Source: Octopus sinensis (taxonomy: Eukaryota). Taken from it: a stretch of DNA of 64,000 nt. A program made the position numbers and the translations under genes. The DNA is taken from positions 15,748,001 through 15,812,000 of the forward strand of contig NC_043012.1 of the NCBI RefSeq assembly GCF_006345805.1, written 5' to 3'. The notes under the pieces were generated by a model. The model was given only the letters and a program-made list of their open reading frames with translations, was not told the DNA's origin and did no database searches. This document shows, one piece after another, positions 50,311 through 64,000 of the stretch (the stretch's first letter is position 1; every line of letters begins with the position of its first letter).

Positions 50311-53300
50311 GAAGGATGAAATTATAAAGGTTTATAAATGACTTTTTATAGAACTTGACTTTGGTTGTTTTGAAGCTCCTTCCTTTTATGTAAAGAAGGA
50401 TGAAATTATAAAGGTTTATAAATAACTTTTTATAGAACTTGACTTTGGTTGTTTTGAAGCTCCTTCCTTTTATGTAAAGAAGGATGAAATTATAAAGGTT
50501 TATAAATAACTTTTTATAGAACTTGACTTTGGTTGTTTTGAAGCTCCTTCCTTTATGTAAAGAAGGATGAAATTATAAGGTTTATAAATAACTTTTTATA
50601 GAACTTGACTTTGGTTTTTTTGAAGCTCCTTCCTTTTATGTAAAGAAGGATGAAATTATAAAGGTTTATAAATAACTTTTATAGAACTTGACTTTGTTGT
50701 TTTGAAGCTCCTTCCTATTATGTAAAGAAGGATGATGAAATTATAAAGTTTATAAATAACTTTTTATAGAACTTGACTTTGTTGTTTTGAAGCTCCTTCC
50801 TATTATGTAAAGAAGGATGAAATTATAAAGGTTTATAAATAACTTTTTATAGAACTTGACTTTGGTTGTTTTGAAGCTCCTTCCTTTTATGTAAAGAAGG
50901 ATGAAATTATAAAGGTTTATAAATAACTTTTTATAGAACATGACTTTGGTTGTTTTGAAGCTCCTTCCTTTTATGTAAAGAAGGATGAAATTATAAAGGT
51001 TATAAATAACTTTTTATAGAACTTGACTTTGGTTGTTTTGAAGCTCCTTCCTATTATGTAAAGAAGATGAAATTATAAAGGTTTATAAATAACTTTTATA
51101 GAACTGACTTTGGTTGTTTTGAAGCTCCTTCCTATTATGTAAAGAAGGATGAAATTATAAAGGTTTATAAATAACTTTTATAGAACATGACTTTGGTTGT
51201 TTTGAAGCTCCTTCCTTTTATGTAAAGAAGGATGAAATTATAAAGGTTTATAAATAACTTTTTATAGAACTTGACTTTGGTTGTTTTGAAGCTCCTTCCT
51301 TTTATGTAAAAGAGATGAAATTATAAAGGTTTATAAAAACTTTTTATAGAACTTGACTTTGGTTGTTTTGAAGCTCCTTCCTTTTATGTAAAGAAGGATG
51401 AAATTATAAAGGTTTATAAATGACTTTTTATAGAACTTGACTTTGGTGTTTTGAAGCTCCTTCCTTTTATGTAAAGAAGGATGAATGAAATTATAAAGGT
51501 TTATAAATAACTTTTTATAGAACTTGACTTTGGTTGTTTTGAAGCTCCTTCCTTTTATGTAAAGAAGGATGAAATTATAAAGGTTTATAAATAACTTTTT
51601 ATAGAACTTGACTTGGTTGTTTTGAAGCTCCTTCCTTTTATGTAAAGAAGGATGAAAGTAATAAAGGTTTATAAATAACTTTTTATAGAACTTGACTTTG
51701 GTTGTTTGAAGCTCCTTCCTATTATGTAAAGAAGGATGAAATTATAAAGGTTTATAAATAACTTTTTATAGAACTTGACTTTGGTTGTTTTGAAGCTCCT
51801 TCCTTTATGTTAAAGAAGGATGAAATTATAAAGGTTTATAAAAACTTTTTATAGAACTTGACTTTTTTTGTTTTGAAGCTCCTTCCTTTTATGTAAAGAA
51901 GGATGAAATTATAAAGGTTTATAAATAACTTTTTATAGAACTTGACTTTGGTTGTTTTGAAGCTCCTTCCTTTTATGTAAAGAACGATGGAATTATAAAG
52001 GTTTATAAATAACTTTTTATAGAACTTGACTTTGGTTGTTTTGAAGCTCCTTCTTTTATGTAAAGAAGGATGAAATTATAAAGGTTTATAAATAACTTTT
52101 TATAGAACTTGACTTTGGTTGTTTTGAAGCTCCTTCCTCTATGTAAAGAAGGATGAAATTATAAAGGTTTATAAATGACTTTTTATAGAACTTGACTTTG
52201 GTTGTTTTGAAGCTCCTTCCTTTTATGTAAAGAAGGATGAAATTATAAAGGTTTATAAGTAACTTTTATAGAACTTGATTTTGTTGTTTTGAAGCTCCTT
52301 CCTTTTATGTAAAGAAGGATGATGAAATATAAAGGTTTATAAATAACTTTTTATAGAACTTGACTTTGGTTGTTTTGAAGCTCCTTCCTATATGTAAAGA
52401 AGGATGAAATTATAAAGGTTTATAAATGACTTTTTATAGAACTTGACTTTGGTTGTTTTGAAGCTCCTTCCTATTATGTAAAGAAGGATGAAATTATAAA
52501 GGTTTATAAATAACTTTTTATAGAACTTGACTTTGGTTGTTTTGAAGCTCCTTCCTATTATGTAAAGAAGGATGAAATTATAAAGGTTTATAAATAACTT
52601 TTTATAGAACTTGACTTTGGTTGTTTTGAAGCTCCTTCCTTTTATGTAAAGAAGGATGAAATTATAAAGGTTTATAAATAACTTTTTATAGAACTTGACT
52701 TTGGTTGTTTTGAAGCTCCTTCCTATTATGTAAAGAAGGATGAAATTATAAAGGTTTAAATAACTTTTTATAGAACTTGACTTTGGTTGTTTTGAAGCTC
52801 CTTCCTATTATGTAAAGAAGGATGAAATTATAAGGTTTATAAATGACTTTTTATAGAACTTGACTTTGGTTGTTTTGAAGCTCCTTCCTTTTATGTAAAG
52901 AAGGATGAAATTATAAAGGTTTATAAATGACTTTTTATAGAACTTGACTTGGTTGTTTTGAAGCTCCTTCCTTTTATGTAAAGAAGGATGAAATTATAAA
53001 GGTTTATAAATGACTTTTTATAGAACTTGACTTTGGTTGTTTTGAAGCTCCTTCCTATTATGTAAAGAGGAGATGAAATTATAAAGGTTTATAATGACTT
53101 TTTATAGAACTTGACTTTGGTTGTTTTGAAGCTCCTTCCTTTATGTAAAGAAGGATGAAATTATAAAGGTTATAAATGACTTTTTATAGAACTTGACTTT
53201 GGTTGTTTTGAAGCTCCTTCCTTTTATGTAAAGAAGGATGAAATTATAAAGGTTTATAAATGACTTTTTATAGAACTTGACTTTGGTTGTTTTGAAGCTC

Positions 53301-56300
53301 CTTCCTTTTATGTAAAGAAGGATGAAATTATAAAGGTTTAAACAACTTTTTATAGAACTTGACTTTGGTTGTTTTGAAGCTCCTTCCTATTATGTAAAGA
53401 AGGATGAATGAAATATAAAGGTTTATAAATAACTTTTTATAGAACTTGACTTTGGTTGTTTTGAAGCTCCTTCCTATTATGTAAAGAAGGATGAAATTAT
53501 AAAGGTTATAAATAACTTTTTATAGAACTTGACTTGGTTGTTGTTTTGAAGCTCCTTCCTTTTATGTAAAGAAGGATGAAATTATAAAGTTTATAAATAA
53601 CTTTTTATAGAACTTGACTTTGTTGTTTTGAAGCTCCTTCCTTTTATGTATGTAAAGAAGGATGAAATTATAAAGGTTTATAAATAACTTTTTATAGAAC
53701 TTGACTTTGGTTGTTTTGAAGCTCCTTCCTTTTATGTAAAGAAGGATGAAATTATAAAGGTTATAAATAACTTTTATAGAACTTGACTTTGGTTGTTTTG
53801 AAGCTCCTTCCTTTTATGTAAAGAAGGATGAAATTATAAAGGTTTATAAATAACTTTTATAGAACTTGACTTTGGTTGTTTTGAAGCTCCTTCCTTTTAT
53901 GTAAAGAAGGATGATGAAACTATAAAGGTTTATAAATGACTTTTATAGAACTTGACTTTGGTTTTTTTGAAGCTCCTTCCTTTTATGTAAAGAAGGATGA
54001 AATTATAAAGGTTTATAAAAACTTTTTATAGAACTTGACTTTGGTTGTTTTGAAGCTCCTTCCTTTATGTAAAGAAGGATGAAATTATAAAGTTTATAAA
54101 TGACTTTTATAGAACTTGACTTTGGTTGTTTTGAAGCTCCTTCCTTTTATGTAAAGAAGGATGAAATTATAAAGGTTTATAAATGACTTTTTATAGAACT
54201 TGACTTTGGTTGTTTGAAGCTCCTTCCTTTTATGTAAAGAAGGATGAAATTATAAAGGTTTATAAATAACTTTTAGAACTTGACTTTGGTTGTGTTTGAA
54301 GCTCCTTCCTTTTATGTAAAGAAGGATGAAATTATAAAGGTTTATAACTGACTTTTTATAGAACTTGACTTTGGTTGTTTTGAAGCTCCTTCCTTTATGT
54401 AAAGAAGGATGAAATTATAAAGGTTTATAAATAACTTTTTATAGAACTTGACTTTGGTTGTTTTGAAGCTCCTTCATTTTATGTAAAGAAGGATGAATTA
54501 TAAAGGTTTATAAATAACTTTTTATAGAACTTGACTTGGTTGTTTTGAAGCTCCTTCCTTTTATGTAAAGAAGGATGAAATTATAAAGGTTTATAAATAA
54601 CTTTTTATAGACTTGACTTTGGTTGTTGTTGTTTTGAAGCTCCTTCCTTTTATGTAAAGAAGGATGAAATTATAAAGGTTTATAAATGACTTTTTATAGA
54701 ACTTGACTTTGGTTGTTTGAAGCTCCTTCCTTTTATGTAAAGAAGGATGAAATTATAAAGGTTATAAATAATTTTATAGAACTTGACTTTGGTTGTTTTG
54801 AAGCTCCTCCTATTATATGTAAAGAAGGATGAAATTATAAAGGTTTATAAATGACTTTTTATAGAACTTGACTTTGGTTGTTTTGAAGCTCCTTCCTTTT
54901 ATGTAAAGAAGGATGAATTATAAAGGTTTATAAATGACTTTTTATAGAACTTGACTTTGGTTGTTTTGAAGCTCCTTCCTTTTATGTAAAGAAGGATGAA
55001 ATTATAAAGGTTTATAAATAACTTTTTATAGAACTTGACTTTGGTTGTTTTGAAGCTCCTTCCTTTTATGTAAAGAAGGATGAAATTATAAAGGTTTATA
55101 AATGACTTTTTATAGAACTTGACTTTGTTTTTTGAAGCTCCTTCCTTTTATGTAAAGAAGGATGAAATTATAAAGGTTTATAAATGACTTTTTATAGAAC
55201 TTGACTTTGGTTGTTTTGAAGCTCCTTCCTTTTATGTAAAGAAGGATGAAATTATAAAGGTTTATAAATAACTTTTATAGAACTTGACTTTGGTTGTTTT
55301 GAAGCTCCTTCCTTTTATGTAAAGAAGGATGAAATTATAAAGGTTTATAAATGACTTTTTATAGAACTTGACTTGGTTGTTTTGAAGCTCCTTCCTTTTA
55401 TGTAAAGAAGGATGAAATTATAAAGGTTTATAAATAACTTTTTATAGAACTTGACTTTGGTTGTTTGAAGCTCCTTCCTTTTATGTAAAGAAGGATGAAA
55501 TTATAAAGGTTTATAAATAACTTTTTATAGAACTTGACTTTGGTTGTTTTGAAGCTCCTTCCTTTATGTAAAGAAGGATGAAATTATAAAGGTTTATAAA
55601 TGACTTTTTATAGAACTTGACTTTGGTTGTTTTGAAGCTCCTTCCTTTTATGTAAAGAAGGATGAAATTATAAAGGTTTATAAATAACTTTTTATAGAAC
55701 TTGACTTTGGTTGTTTTGAAGCTCCTTCCTTTAATGTAAAGAAGGATGAAATTATAAAGGTTTATAAATGACTTTTATAGAACTTGACTTTGGTTGTTTT
55801 GAAGCTCCTTCCTTTTATGTAAAGAAGGATGAAATTATAAAGGTTTATAAATGACTTTTTATAGAACTTGACTTTGGTTGTTTTGAAGCTCCTTCCTTTT
55901 ATGTAAAGAAGGATGAAATTATAAAGGTTTATAAATAACTTTTATAGAACTTGACTTTGGTTGTTTTGAAGCTCCTTCCTTTTATGTAAAGAAGGATGAA
56001 ATTATAAAGGTTTATAAATGACTTTTTATAGAACTTGACTTGGTTGTTTGAAGCTCCTTCCTTTTATGTAAAGAAGGATGAAATTATAAAGGTTTATAAA
56101 TAACTTTTTATAGAACTTGACTTTGGTTGTTTTGAAGCTCCTTCCTTTTATGTAAAGAAGGATGAAATTATAAAGGTTTATAAATGACTTTTATAGAACT
56201 TGACTTTGGTTGTTTTGAAGCTCCTTCCTTTTATGTAAAGAAGGATGAAATTATAAAGGTTTATAAATGACTTTTTATAGAACTTGACTTTGGTTGTTTT

Positions 56301-59300
56301 GAAGCTCCTTCCTTTTATGTAAAGAAGGATGAAATTATAAAGGTTTATAAATAACTTTTTATAGAACTTGACTTTGGTTGTTTGAAGCTCCTTCTTTTAT
56401 GTAAAGAATGATGAAATTATAAAGGTTTATAAATGACTTTTTATAGAACTTGACTTTGGTTGTTTGAAGCTCCTTCCTTTAGTAAAGAAGGATGATGAAA
56501 TTATAAAGGTTTATAAATGACTTTTTATAGAACTTGACTTTGGTTGTTTTGAAGCTCCTTCCTTTATGTAAAGAAGGATGAAATTATAAAGGTTTATAAA
56601 TAACTTTTTATAGAACTTGACTTTGGTTGTTTTGAAGCTCCTTCCTTTTATGTAAAGAAGGATGAAATTATAAAGGTTTATAAATAACTTTTTATAGAAC
56701 TTGACTTTGGTTGTTTTGAAGCTCCTTCCTTTTATGTAAAGAAGGATGAAATTATAAAGGTTTATAAAATAACGTTTTATAGAACTTGACTTTGGTTGTT
56801 TTGAAGCTCCTTCCTTTATGTAAAGAAGGATGAAATTATAAGGTTTATAAATAACTTTTTATAGAACTTGACTTTGGTTGTTTTGAAGCTCCTTCCTTTT
56901 ATGTAAAGAAGGATGAAATATAAAGGTTTATAAATGACTTTTTATAGAACTTGACTTTGGTTGTTTTGAAGCTCCTTCCTTTTATGTAAAGAAGGATGAA
57001 ATTATAAAGGTTTATAAATAACTTTTTATAGAACTTGACTTTGGTGTTTTGAAGCTCCTTCCTTTTAGTAAAGAAGGATGAAATTATAAAGGTTTATAAA
57101 TAACTTTTTATAGAACTTGACTTTGGTTGTTTTGAAGCTCCTTCCTTTTATGTAAAGAAGGATGAAATTATAAAGGTTTATAAATGACTTTTATAGAACT
57201 TGACTTTGGTTGTTTTGAAGCTCCTTCCTTTATGTAAAGAAGGATGAAATTATAAAGGTTTATAAATAACTTTTTATAGAACTTGACTTTGGTTGTTTTG
57301 AAGCTCCTTCCTTTATGTAAAGAAGGATGAAATTATAAAGGTTATAAATGACTTTTTATAGAACTTGACTTTGGTTGTTTTGAAGCTCCTTCCTTTTATG
57401 TAAAGAAGATGATGAAATTATAAAGTTTATAAATGACTTTTTATAGAACTTGACTTTGGTTGTTTTGAAGCTCCTTCCTTTTATGTAAAGAAGGATGAAA
57501 TTATAAAGGTTTATAAATAACTTTTTATAGAACTTGACTTTGGTTGTTTTGAAGCTCCTTCCTTTTATGTAAAGAAGGATGAAATTAAAGGTTTATAAAT
57601 GACTTTTTATAGAACTTGACTTTGGTTGTTTTGAAGCTCCTTCCTTTTATGTAAAGAAGGATGAAATTATAAGGTTTATAATGACTTTTTATAGAACTTG
57701 ACTTTGGTTGTTTTGAAGCTCCTTCCTTTTATGTAAAGAAGGATGAAATTATAAAGGTTATAAATAACTTTTTATAGAACTTGACTTTGGTTGTTTTGAA
57801 GCTCCTTCCTTTTATGTAAAGAAGGATGAAATTATAAAGGTTTATAAATAACTTTTTATAGAACTTGACTTTGGTTGTTTTGAAGCTCCTTCCTTTTATG
57901 TAAAGAAGGATGAAATTATAAAGTTTATAAATAACGTTTTATAGAACTTGACTTTGGTTGTTTTGAAGCTCCTTCCTTTATGTAAAGAAGGATGAAATTA
58001 AAAGGTTTATAAATAACTTTTTATAGAACTTGACTTTGGTTGTTTTGAAGCTCCTTCCTTTTATGTAAAGAAGGATGAAATTATAAAGGTTATAAATGAC
58101 TTTTATAGAACTTGACTTTGGTTGTTTTGAAGCTCCTTCCTTTTATGTAAAGAAGGATGAAATTATAAAGGTTTATAAATAACTTTTTATAGAACTTGAC
58201 TTTGGTTGTTTTGAAGCTCCTTCCTTTTATGTAAAGAAGGATGAAATTATAAAGGTTTATAAATGACTTTTTATAGAACTGGACTTTGTTGTTTTGAAGC
58301 TCCTTCCTTTATGTAAAAAAGAAGGATGAAATTATAAAGGTTTATAAATGACTTTTTATAGAACTTGACTTTGGTTGTTTTGAAGCTCCTTCCTTTTATG
58401 TAAAGAAGGATGAAATTATAAAGGTTTATAAATGACTTTGGTTGTTTTGAAGCTCCTTCCTTTTATGTAAAGAAGGATGAAATTATAAAGGTTTATAAAT
58501 GGATTTATAGAACTTGACTTTGGTTGTTTTGAAGCTCCTTCCTTTTATGTAAAGAAGGATGAAATTATAAAGGTTTATAAATGACTTTGTTGTTTTGAAG
58601 CTCCTTCCTTTTATTAAAGAAGGATGAATTATAAAGGTTTATAAATGACTTTTTATAGAACTTGACTTTGGTTGTTTTGAAGCTCCTTCCTTTTATGTAA
58701 GAAGGATGAAATTATAAAGGTTTATAAATGACTTTTTATAGAACTTGACTTTGGTTGTTTGAAGCTCCTTCCTTTATGTAAAGAAGGATGAAATTATAAA
58801 GGTTTATAAATGACTTTTTATAGAACTTGACTTTGGTTGGTTGTTTGAAGCTCCTTCCTTTTATGTAAAGAAGGATGAAATTATAAAGGTTTATAAATGA
58901 CTTTTATAGAACTTGACTTTGGTTGTTTTGAAGCTCCTTCCTTTTATGTAAAGAAGGATGAAATTATAAAGGTTTATAAATGACTTTTTATAGAACTTGA
59001 CTTTGGTTGTTTTGAAGCTCCTTCCTTTTATGTAAAGAAGGATGAAATTATAAAGGTTTATAAATGACTTTTTATAGAACTTGACTTTGGTTGTTTTGAA
59101 GCTTCTTCCTTTTATGTAAAGAAGGATGAAATTATAAAGGTTTATAAATGACTTTTTATAGAACTTGACTTTGGTTGTTTTGAAGCTCCTTCCTTTTATG
59201 TAAAGAAGGATGAAATTATAAAGGTTTATAAATGACTTTTTATAGAACTTGACTTTGGTTGTTTTGAAGCTCCTTCCTTTTATGTAAAGAAGGATGAAAT

Positions 59301-62300
59301 TATAAAGGTTTATAAATGACTTTTTATAGAACTTGACTTTGGGTTTTTGAAGCTCCTTCCTTTTATGTAAAGAAGGAATGATGAAATTATAAGGTTTGTA
59401 AATGACTTTTTATAGAACTTGACTTTGGTTTTTTTGAAGCTCCTTCCTTTATGTAAAGAAGGATGAAATTATAAAGGTTTATAAATGACTTTTTATAGAA
59501 CTTGACTTTGGTTGTTTTGAAGCTCCTTCCTTTTATGTAAAGAAGGATGAAATTATAAAGGTTTATAAATGACTTTTTATAGAACTTGACTTTGGTGTTT
59601 TGAAGCTCCTTCCTTTATGTAAAGAAGGATGAAATTATAAAGGTTTATAAATGACTTTTTATAGAACTTGACTTGGTTGTTTTGAAGCTCCTTCCTTTTA
59701 TGTAAAGAAGGATGAAATTATAAAGGTTTATAAATGATTTATAGAACTTGACTTTGGTGTTTTGAAGCTCCTTCTTTTATGTAAAGAAGGATGAATTATA
59801 AAGGTTTATAAATGACTTTTTATAGAACTTGACTTTGGTTGTTTTGAAGCTCCTTCCTTTTATGTAAAGAAGGATGAAATTATAAAGGTTTATAAATGAC
59901 TTTTTATAGAACTTGACTTTGGTTGTTTTGAAGCTCCTTCCTTTTATGTAAAGAAGGATGAAATTATAAAGGTTTATAAATGACTTTTTAAAGAACTTGA
60001 CTTTGGTTGTTTTGAAGCTCCTTCCTTTTATGTAAAGAAGGATGAAATTATAAAGGTTTATAAATGACTTTTTATAGAACTTGACTTTGGTGTTTTGAAG
60101 CTCCTTCCTTTTATGTAAAGAAGGATGAAATTATAAAGGTTTATAAATGACTTTTTATAGAACTTGACTTTGGGGTTTTGAAGCTCCTTCCTTTTATGTA
60201 AAGAAGGATGAAATTATAAAGGTTTATAAATAACTTTTTATAGAACTTGACTTTGGTTGTTTTGAAGCTCCTTCCTTTTATGTAAAGAAGGATGAAATTA
60301 TAAAGGTTTATAAATGACTTTTTATAGAACTTGACTTTGGTTGTTTTGAAGCTCCTTCCTTTTATGTAAAGAAGGATGAAATTATAAAGGTTTATAAATA
60401 ACTTTTTATAGAACTTGACTTTGGTTGTTTTGAAGCTCCTTCCTTTTATGTAAAGAAGGATGAAATTATAAAGGTTTATAAATGACTTTTTATAGAACTT
60501 GACTTTGGTTGTTTTGAAGCTCCTTCCTTTTATGTAAAGAAGGATGAATGAAATTATAAAGTTTATAAATAACTTTTTATAGAACTTGACTTTGGTTGTT
60601 TTGAAGCTCCTTCCTTTTATGTAAAGAAGGATGAAATTTAAAGGTTTAAATAAAATAACTTTTTATAGAACTTGACTTTGGTTGTTTTGAAACTCCTTCC
60701 TTTATGTAAAGAAGGATGAAATTATAAAGGTTTATAAATGACTTTTTTTAGAAAGAACATGACTTGGTTGTTTTGAAGCTCCTTCCTTTTATGTAAGAGA
60801 GATGAAGGATGAAATTATAAAGGTTTATAAATAACTTTTTATAGAACTTGACTTTGGTTGGTTTTTGAAGCTCCTTCCTTTTATGTAAAGAAGGATGAAA
60901 TTATAAAGGTTTATAAATGACTTTTTATAGAACTTGACTTTGGTTGTTTGAAGCTCCTTCCTTTTATGTAAAGAAGATGAAATTATAAAGGTTTATAAAT
61001 AACTTTTTATAGAACTTGACTTTGGTTGTTTTGAAGCTCCTTCCTTTTATGTAAAGAAGGATGAAATTATAAAGGTTTATAAATGACTTTTTATAGAACT
61101 TGACTTTGGTTGTTTTGAAGCTCCTTCCTTTTATGTAAAGAAGGATGAAATTATAAAGGTTTATAAATAACTTTTTATAGAACTTGACTTTGGTTGTTTT
61201 GAAGCTCCTTCCTTTTATGTAAGAAGGATGAAATTATAAAGGTTTAATAATGACTTTTTATAGAACTTGACTTTGGTTGTTTTGAAGCTCCTTCCTTTTA
61301 TGTAAAAGAGGATGAAATTATAAAGGTTTATAAATGACTTTTTATAGAACTTGACTTTGGTTGTTTTGAAGCTCCTTCATTTTATGTAAAGAAGGATGAA
61401 ATTATAAAGGTTTATAAATGACTTTTTATAGAACTTGACTTTGGTGTTTTGAAGCTCCTTCCTTTTATGTAAAGAAGGATGAAATTATAAAGGTTTATAA
61501 ATAACTTTTATAGAACTTGACTTTGGTTGTTTTGAAGCTCCTTCCTTTTATGTAAAGAAGGATGAAATTATAAAGGTTTATAAATGACTTTTATAGAACT
61601 TGACTTTGGTTGTTTTGAAGCTCCTTCCTTTATGTAAAGAAGGATGAAATTATAAAGGTTTATAAATAACTTTTTATAGAACTTGACTTTGTTGTTTTGA
61701 AGCTCCTTCCTTTTATGTAAAGAAGGATGAAATTATAAAGGTTTATAAATGACTTTTTATAGAACTTGACTTTGGTTGTTTTGAAGCTCCTTCCTTTTAT
61801 GTAAAGAAGGATGAAATTATAAAGGTTTATAAATGACTTTTTATAGAACTTGACTTTGGTTGTTTTGAAGCTCCTTCCTTTTATGTAAAGAAGGATGAAA
61901 TTATAAAGGTTTATAAATGACTTTGGTTGTTTTGAAGCTCCTTCCTTTTATGTAAAGAAGGATGAAATTATAAAGGTTTATAAATGACTTTTTATAGAAC
62001 TTGACTTTGGTTGTTTTGAAGCTCCTTCCTTTTATGTAAAGAAGGATGAAATTATAAAGGTTTATAAATGACTTTGGTTGTTTTGAAGCTCCTTCCTTTT
62101 ATGTAAAGAAGGATGAAATTATAAAGGTTTATAAATGACTTTTTATAGAACTTGACTTTGGTTGTTTTGAAGCTCCTTCCTTTTATGTAAAGAAGGATGA
62201 AATTATAAAGGTTTAAATGACTTTTTATAGACCTTGACTTTGGTTGTTTTGAAGCTCCTCCCTTTTATGTAAAGAAGGATGAAATTATAAAGGTTTATAA

Positions 62301-64000
62301 ATGACTTTTTATAGAACTTGACTTTGGTTGTTTTGAAGCTCCTTCCTTTTATGTAAAGAAGGATGAAATTATAAAGGTTTATAAATGACTTTTTATAGAA
62401 CTTGACTTTGGTTGTTTTGAAGCTCCTTCCTTTTATGTAAAGAAGGATGAAATTATAAAGGTTTATAAATGACTTTTTATAGAACTTGACTTTGGTTGTT
62501 TTGAAGCTCCTTCCTTTTATGTAAAGAAGGATGAAATTATAAAGTTTATAAATGACTTTTATAGAACTTGACTTTGGTTGTTTTGAAGCTCCTTCCTTTT
62601 ATGTAAAGAAGGATGAAATTATAAAGGTTTATAAATGACTTTTATAGAACTTGACTTTGGTTGTTTTGAAGCTCCTTCCTTTTATGTAAGAAGGATGAAA
62701 TTATAAAGGTTTATAAATGACTTTTTATAGAACTTGACTTTGGTTGTTTTGAAGCTCCTTCCTTTTATGTAAAGAAGGATGAAATTATAAAGGTTTATAA
62801 ATGACTTTTTATAGAACTTGACTTTGGTTGTTTTGAAGCTCCTTCCTTTTATGTAAAGAAGGATGAAATTATAAAGGTTTATAAATGACTTTTTATAGAA
62901 CTTGACTTTGGTTGTTTTGAAGCTCCTTCCTTTTGTGTAAAGAAGGATGAAATATAAAGGTTTATAAATGACTTTTTATAGAACTTGACTTTGGTTGTTT
63001 TGAAGCTCCTTCCTTTTATGTAAAGAGGATGAAATTATAAAGGTTTATTAATGACTTTTTATAGAACTTGACTTTGGTTGTTTTGAAGCTCCTTCCTTTT
63101 ATGTAAAGAAGGATGAAATTATAAAGGTTTATAAATGACTTTTTATAGAACTTGACTTTGGTTGTTTTGAAGCTCCTCCTTTTATGTAAAGAAGGATGAA
63201 ATTATAAAGGTTTATAAATGACTTTTTATAGAACTTGACTTTGGTTGTTTTGAAGCTCCTTCTTTTTATGTAAAGAAGGATGAAATTATAAAGGTTTATA
63301 AATGATTTTTATAGAACTTGACTTTGGTTGTTTTGAAGCTCCTTCCTTTTATGTAAAGAAGGATGAAATTATAAAGGTTTATAATGACTTTTTATAGAAC
63401 TTGACTTTGGTTGTTTTGAAGCTCCTTCCTTTTATGTAAAGAAGGATGAAATTATAAAGGTTTATAAATGACTTTTTAAAGAACTTGACTTTGGTTGTTT
63501 TGAAGCTCCTTCCTTTTATGTAAAGAAGGATGAAATTATAAAGGTTATAAATGACTTTTTATAGAACTTGACTTTGGTTGTTTTGAAGCTCCTTCCTTTT
63601 ATGTAAAGAAGGATGAAATTATAAAGGTTTATAAATGACTTTTATAGAACTTGACTTTGGTTGTTTTGAAGCTCCTTCCTTTTATGTAAAGAAGGATGAA
63701 ATTATAAAGGTTTAAAATAACTTTTTATAGAACTTGACTTTGGTTGTTTTGAAGCTCCTTCCTTTTATGTAAAGAAGGATGAAGAATGAAATTATAAAGG
63801 TTTATAAATGACTTTTTATAGAACTTGACTTTGGTTGTTTTGAAGCTCCTTCCTTTTATGTAAAGAAGGATGAAATTATAAAGGTTTATAAATGACTTTT
63901 TATAGAACTTGACTTTGGTTGTTTTGAAGCTCCTTCCTTTTATGTAAAGAAGGATGAAATTATAAAGGTTTATAAATGACTTTTTATAGAACTTGACTTT
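50311..64000. repeat. 84-bp tandem satellite array (~163 monomers, open at the window end)
   Basis: Consensus GAAGGATGAAATTATAAAGGTTTATAAAT(G/A)ACTTTTTATAGAACTTGACTTTGGTTGTTTTGAAGCTCCTTCCT(T/A)TTATGTAAA, about 27% GC. The period was checked at 50341 vs 50425. Confidence 0.99.

Noticed and set aside
50311-64000. CRISPR-like regular repeat array
   Set aside because: Monomers are contiguous with no unique spacers, there are no cas genes, and the context is eukaryotic. It is a satellite.
50400-64000. 1-bp length variation among satellite monomers as biological diversity
   Set aside because: It is concentrated in homopolymers and typical of unpolished long-read error, so only substitutions and the 17-bp deletion were used.

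Overview
Eukaryotic (metazoan), AT-rich, repeat-dominated DNA. The SINE families and extreme microsatellite density resemble those I recall from Octopus (inference, not database-checked). No host gene is confidently identifiable, and there is no rRNA, functional tRNA or CRISPR array; most listed ORFs are microsatellite or antisense artefacts. Bases 1-50,300 are a mosaic of tRNA-derived SINEs, an (AAT)n-embedded ~550 bp element, a 5'-truncated RTE LINE nested in a Penelope-like (GIY-YIG) element, a Tx1/L1 RT fragment, decayed mariner/Tc1/Tigger/MULE DNA transposons and many simple repeats. Bases ~50,311-64,000 are a tandem array of an 84-bp satellite (~163 monomers, running off the window end). 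The most striking signal is a cluster of fold-back elements in (TA)n tracts at 42.6-44.1 kb. Two of them carry complete type I hammerhead ribozyme motifs with palindromic stem III, at 42815-42905 (+) and 43597-43685 (-). Further degenerate hammerheads lie at 12.1, 38.6/39.0 and 41.6 kb.
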